From: Eledone cirrhosa
Taxonomy: Eukaryota
Direction of reading: 5' to 3'
NCBI GenBank assembly: GCA_964016885.1
Contig: OZ024740.1
Span: 376,340,001-376,404,000 of the forward strand
Length of the DNA: 64,000 bases
Shown here: piece after piece, positions 60,561-64,000 of the stretch
Layout of the letters: every line of letters begins with the position of its first letter
Numbering within the stretch: position 1 is the stretch's first letter
Notes under the pieces: model-generated
The model's input: only the letters and a program-made list of their open reading frames with translations
Database searches by the model: none
What the model was told of the DNA's origin: nothing
Translations under genes and position numbers: made by a program

Positions 60561-62086
60561 GCCATATTGATGTCATTAGTATGACTTTGATGAATTAGAT
60601 ACATTGTTCTATGAATGCATAACATTTTATATAGTTATGTTTAATACATTGCTCTTGCATAGACTGTTGAAAATATGAAAAGATTTTAAAAAGTATATGC
60701 TTTTTATGTTCTCTCAAAGAATCTTATTACTAGGAAAATATTGTTTGCCACCACTTCTTCTGCAAAACATATTGTAGCACTGTTATTCATATAAAATTGT
60801 TTTATGTTTTTCGTATATGTAATAAATGGACATCTGCTGCCTCTTTCTATATACATTGTCTATGATATTATAATTCTAATGTCGCCTCATTCAATCTGTC
60901 TGCTTGAACGTGAATGGTATTATATAAAGGGGATTACTAATGTTTTGATGAAAAACGCAGCTTTACGCTGCATTGTTTGGATAACGTTGGTAAAATACAA
61001 TATTCATTTACAAAATACCTTCTGAAAATATGAGCGTACTTTTGTAGACTTTAGTAATTATCCAAATTCAACACAATTAGTGATGTTATAGTTTTTCTTT
61101 CATGATCGTTTCCAAAGTTGTGAAAACGTAAAGGGAAATGTAATTAATACACACTTTATGCTCAAATGATGTCATCATTTTTTTTTATTCAATCGTCGCA
61201 CTTGATAGCAATTCTCCCATTTACATTTTCTAGAATATTCTTTTTTGTTATTGTTTTACTCTTTACAAAACAGCAACTACTTTTTCTCGTGTTATTAATG
61301 TTATTCTTATTATTATTTAAAAAAAAAAATAGATAATGATAATTATAATTATTATTAATATTAGTATAATGATTATCATTAATAGTATTAGCATAATAAT
61401 ATTAATAATAATGATAATAATAATAATTATTATTATTATTAATATTTATCGATTGGAATGTTGCTAATTATTTCAAGTTTATTTAACTAATCAAACGGTA
61501 AATAACAGCATTCCCCTATCTATCCAAATGAAATTGCACAAAGTTAATAAAGCCTGAAAAATAGACGATGAGAATAATTAATGTAATGCTACCAGGTTCA
61601 TTTAATGAGAATTCAACTATTTATTGTTTCTATGTGATTAGTTAAATTTAACGAAGTCTTATTATAACTATTAAATTAACAGAGAAACGTCATTAGTGAA
61701 ATACTCATTTCCAAATTACATTTCTATTTAATTTACATCAAAATAATTTCTCACGTACGCCAATATCTATTCTAATTACTATCAGACATTTTTTTACTTC
61801 ACATTTCATAAAATGACTTGATACTTTTTTCTAAAGGTTTCCTATTGTAAATCTAATGGATATTATAATTCATAACAAAAAAAAACGATTCGATTATCAA
61901 AACAGCCCCTTAAGTTAAAGGTTATTAAAATGTTTTCAATCAAGAATTATATTTATAAAATAAAATCACAGGTGTCAAAGATGGGTGATTGTCAGTGGTT
62001 GTGGAGCCTAGTGATCATGAAGCTCTAGTTACGTGTTTGATCTTGCTTTTCGAATGTCAGATACATTTATGTATTCTTTTTCTTGC

Positions 62087-62090
<4 letters not shown>

Positions 62091-62158
<68 letters not shown>
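62091..62158. repeat. (TA)n microsatellite without a PLE insertion
   Basis: Directly visible. Confidence 0.95.
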
Positions 62159-62159
<1 letters not shown>

Positions 62160-64000
62160 GTGTGCATGTGAATTTATCCACACTAACACATATATGTATA
62201 TATGCGTGTGAGTGCGGGCTGACTTGTAATTAGAATATGCTCTAATACAGTTCATCATGCATACGTTAGTCCACCTTGTATAACAAGTAAAATGTGTCTG
62301 TTATATCTTGTTTACGTTATGTGATACAAACCCTTCATTTATATACACCATTATGCCTGTACTTCCATTCTATTATGATGTATTTAATGACAGTGATGAC
62401 GGTGTATTCAATTTATTGTTAGATTTTTACCTTATTATTAAAATCTGATTAATTGAATAATTCTTTGTTATTGGTATATCGATAGAATAATTGTTTTGTT
62501 TTTATCATTATATATCACTTAGTATTCATGAACAATGATTTTCTATTGATGATATATTAGTGAAAGCTTTTAATTCGATTAGAAGGCTATTTACATTTTA
62601 TTTTTATTTCATTTTAGAAAGTATTACCTTGTTTAAATTCAATAGACGAATAAATTATTCTAATACTTGTTGATTTAATGCGAAGACAATGAATCATTAA
62701 TTAGGACGAAATAGTATTTTTACTTACGTATATCTGATCGTTCAGATTATTCTTCTTTCAGCATTTACTAGTTTTACTCATTTTCCTCTTCTATTATGCA
62801 ACATAATTATTCATATAGTGCCGCCGTGTTAACGTGTTACCAAATTACATTTCCCTATGACTATGCATCTAATTACTTTACTGTATGCTGTTCATTACTA
62901 TATTATTACCATCTGATTGAATTATATCGGCTACATTCGGATTCGAAACGAGAACATGTAGCGCATCTTCAGACTCTATTGTTGTTCTCTTAATCATATC
63001 TAGGAAACACGTTTGGTTTACAACCCTCCTGTGTTAGAATGTTTTTCTATGTGCAGGTGGGCTAAAGATATTTGGAAATGTTTCTTGTCATCTGACTTTG
63101 TCACACATTAGACTGTTAACGTATTTCTTCAGTTTTATTAGAACCATCTTAACTCTTCCTATTTTTGTATTTCACAAAGCTCCTTAAAATAATCTGTTCC
63201 TTTTCATCATATGCTACATTAAAGACAGCAAAGTAGTCACGCTGCAAAAGAATATTGGTAACGTAAATTGCACGAATTTAATTATTAATTTAGCTTCATA
63301 AGTCGCTTCACGTTGATGTATCAAATCTCAAATTATGGGATCATGACCTTCCTTAATGGATCTTATGATCTAGAGTATTAATAAATGCAATAACCTATTG
63401 ACAGAGTTGATAGATACACATGCATAAAATATTGTAACGTCAGTTTGATTTCATGCAAAATTAATACGTAGGATAAACCAACAATAACAATTGATTGCAA
63501 ATATCAACAATATACAATTTTCCATGACTTATTCTCTCATATAAACTATACGAACAAGCTAAAATGTTTAGCTGCTTTTTAGATTTAATTTGTAACTCGT
63601 CATATTGAGGTGTATCAATACGAACATGTACACCAATAATAGAATCCTTCATTCACACAGAAGAGCTATTTTACTCTGGGAACTATTTGCTTTTTCTGTA
63701 AAATTATTGAAAATGAAATGAAATATTCATTAAAAATAAAATATCCATTTATTTCGGCTTCTCCAGTACTTAAAACCTTTAAAATACATAAAACTTAACA
63801 CTATGCAATTTATTTTTAAATTAGGTTATACGATACAGATATTAACTGCGTTATCAATAACAGAAAGGTTATAAACATCAATACACTGCCTTCACCAAAT
63901 TGTAACCTTTTACAGAAATATATCGGAACTTAAAAGTAATTCATATCAAACAGTAGATTAACGTTACTTTATATAATTATATGTATATTAAAGTAGACAA

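Noticed and set aside
60560-64000. AT-rich terminal region
   Set aside because: No supported feature beyond simple repeats.

Overview
AT-rich animal genomic DNA, probably an octopod cephalopod (inferred from the SINE family and the microsatellite load). I recognise no intact host gene. Positions 1-50.8 kb are a dense nest of Penelope-like retroelements (PLEs; RT + GIY-YIG) from several lineages, almost all inserted into (TA)n microsatellites. They include three long decayed copies, a ~9.7-kb palindromic element, and many short fold-back derivatives. Reading by eye, I find about 17 type I hammerhead ribozyme (HHR) motifs at PLE 3' ends, several with variant cores (UUGANAA, CCGANGA-like) or very long stem II. 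The main candidate new system is a conserved, covarying UU-bulged RNA hairpin (RYUC-URY..RYA-UU-GARY). It occurs in the 3' tails of six dissimilar PLE families, and in five of them it sits 6-8 nt downstream of the TA at which the short arm of the element joins the (TA)n target. The last 13 kb holds SINEs, a Helitron helicase relic with a nested mini-Helitron, and decayed RTE, L1-like and BEL/Pao-like remnants. Most ORF-track entries ([12 protein letters not shown]) are microsatellite artefacts. All alignments and folds were done by eye; coordinates may be off by a few nt.
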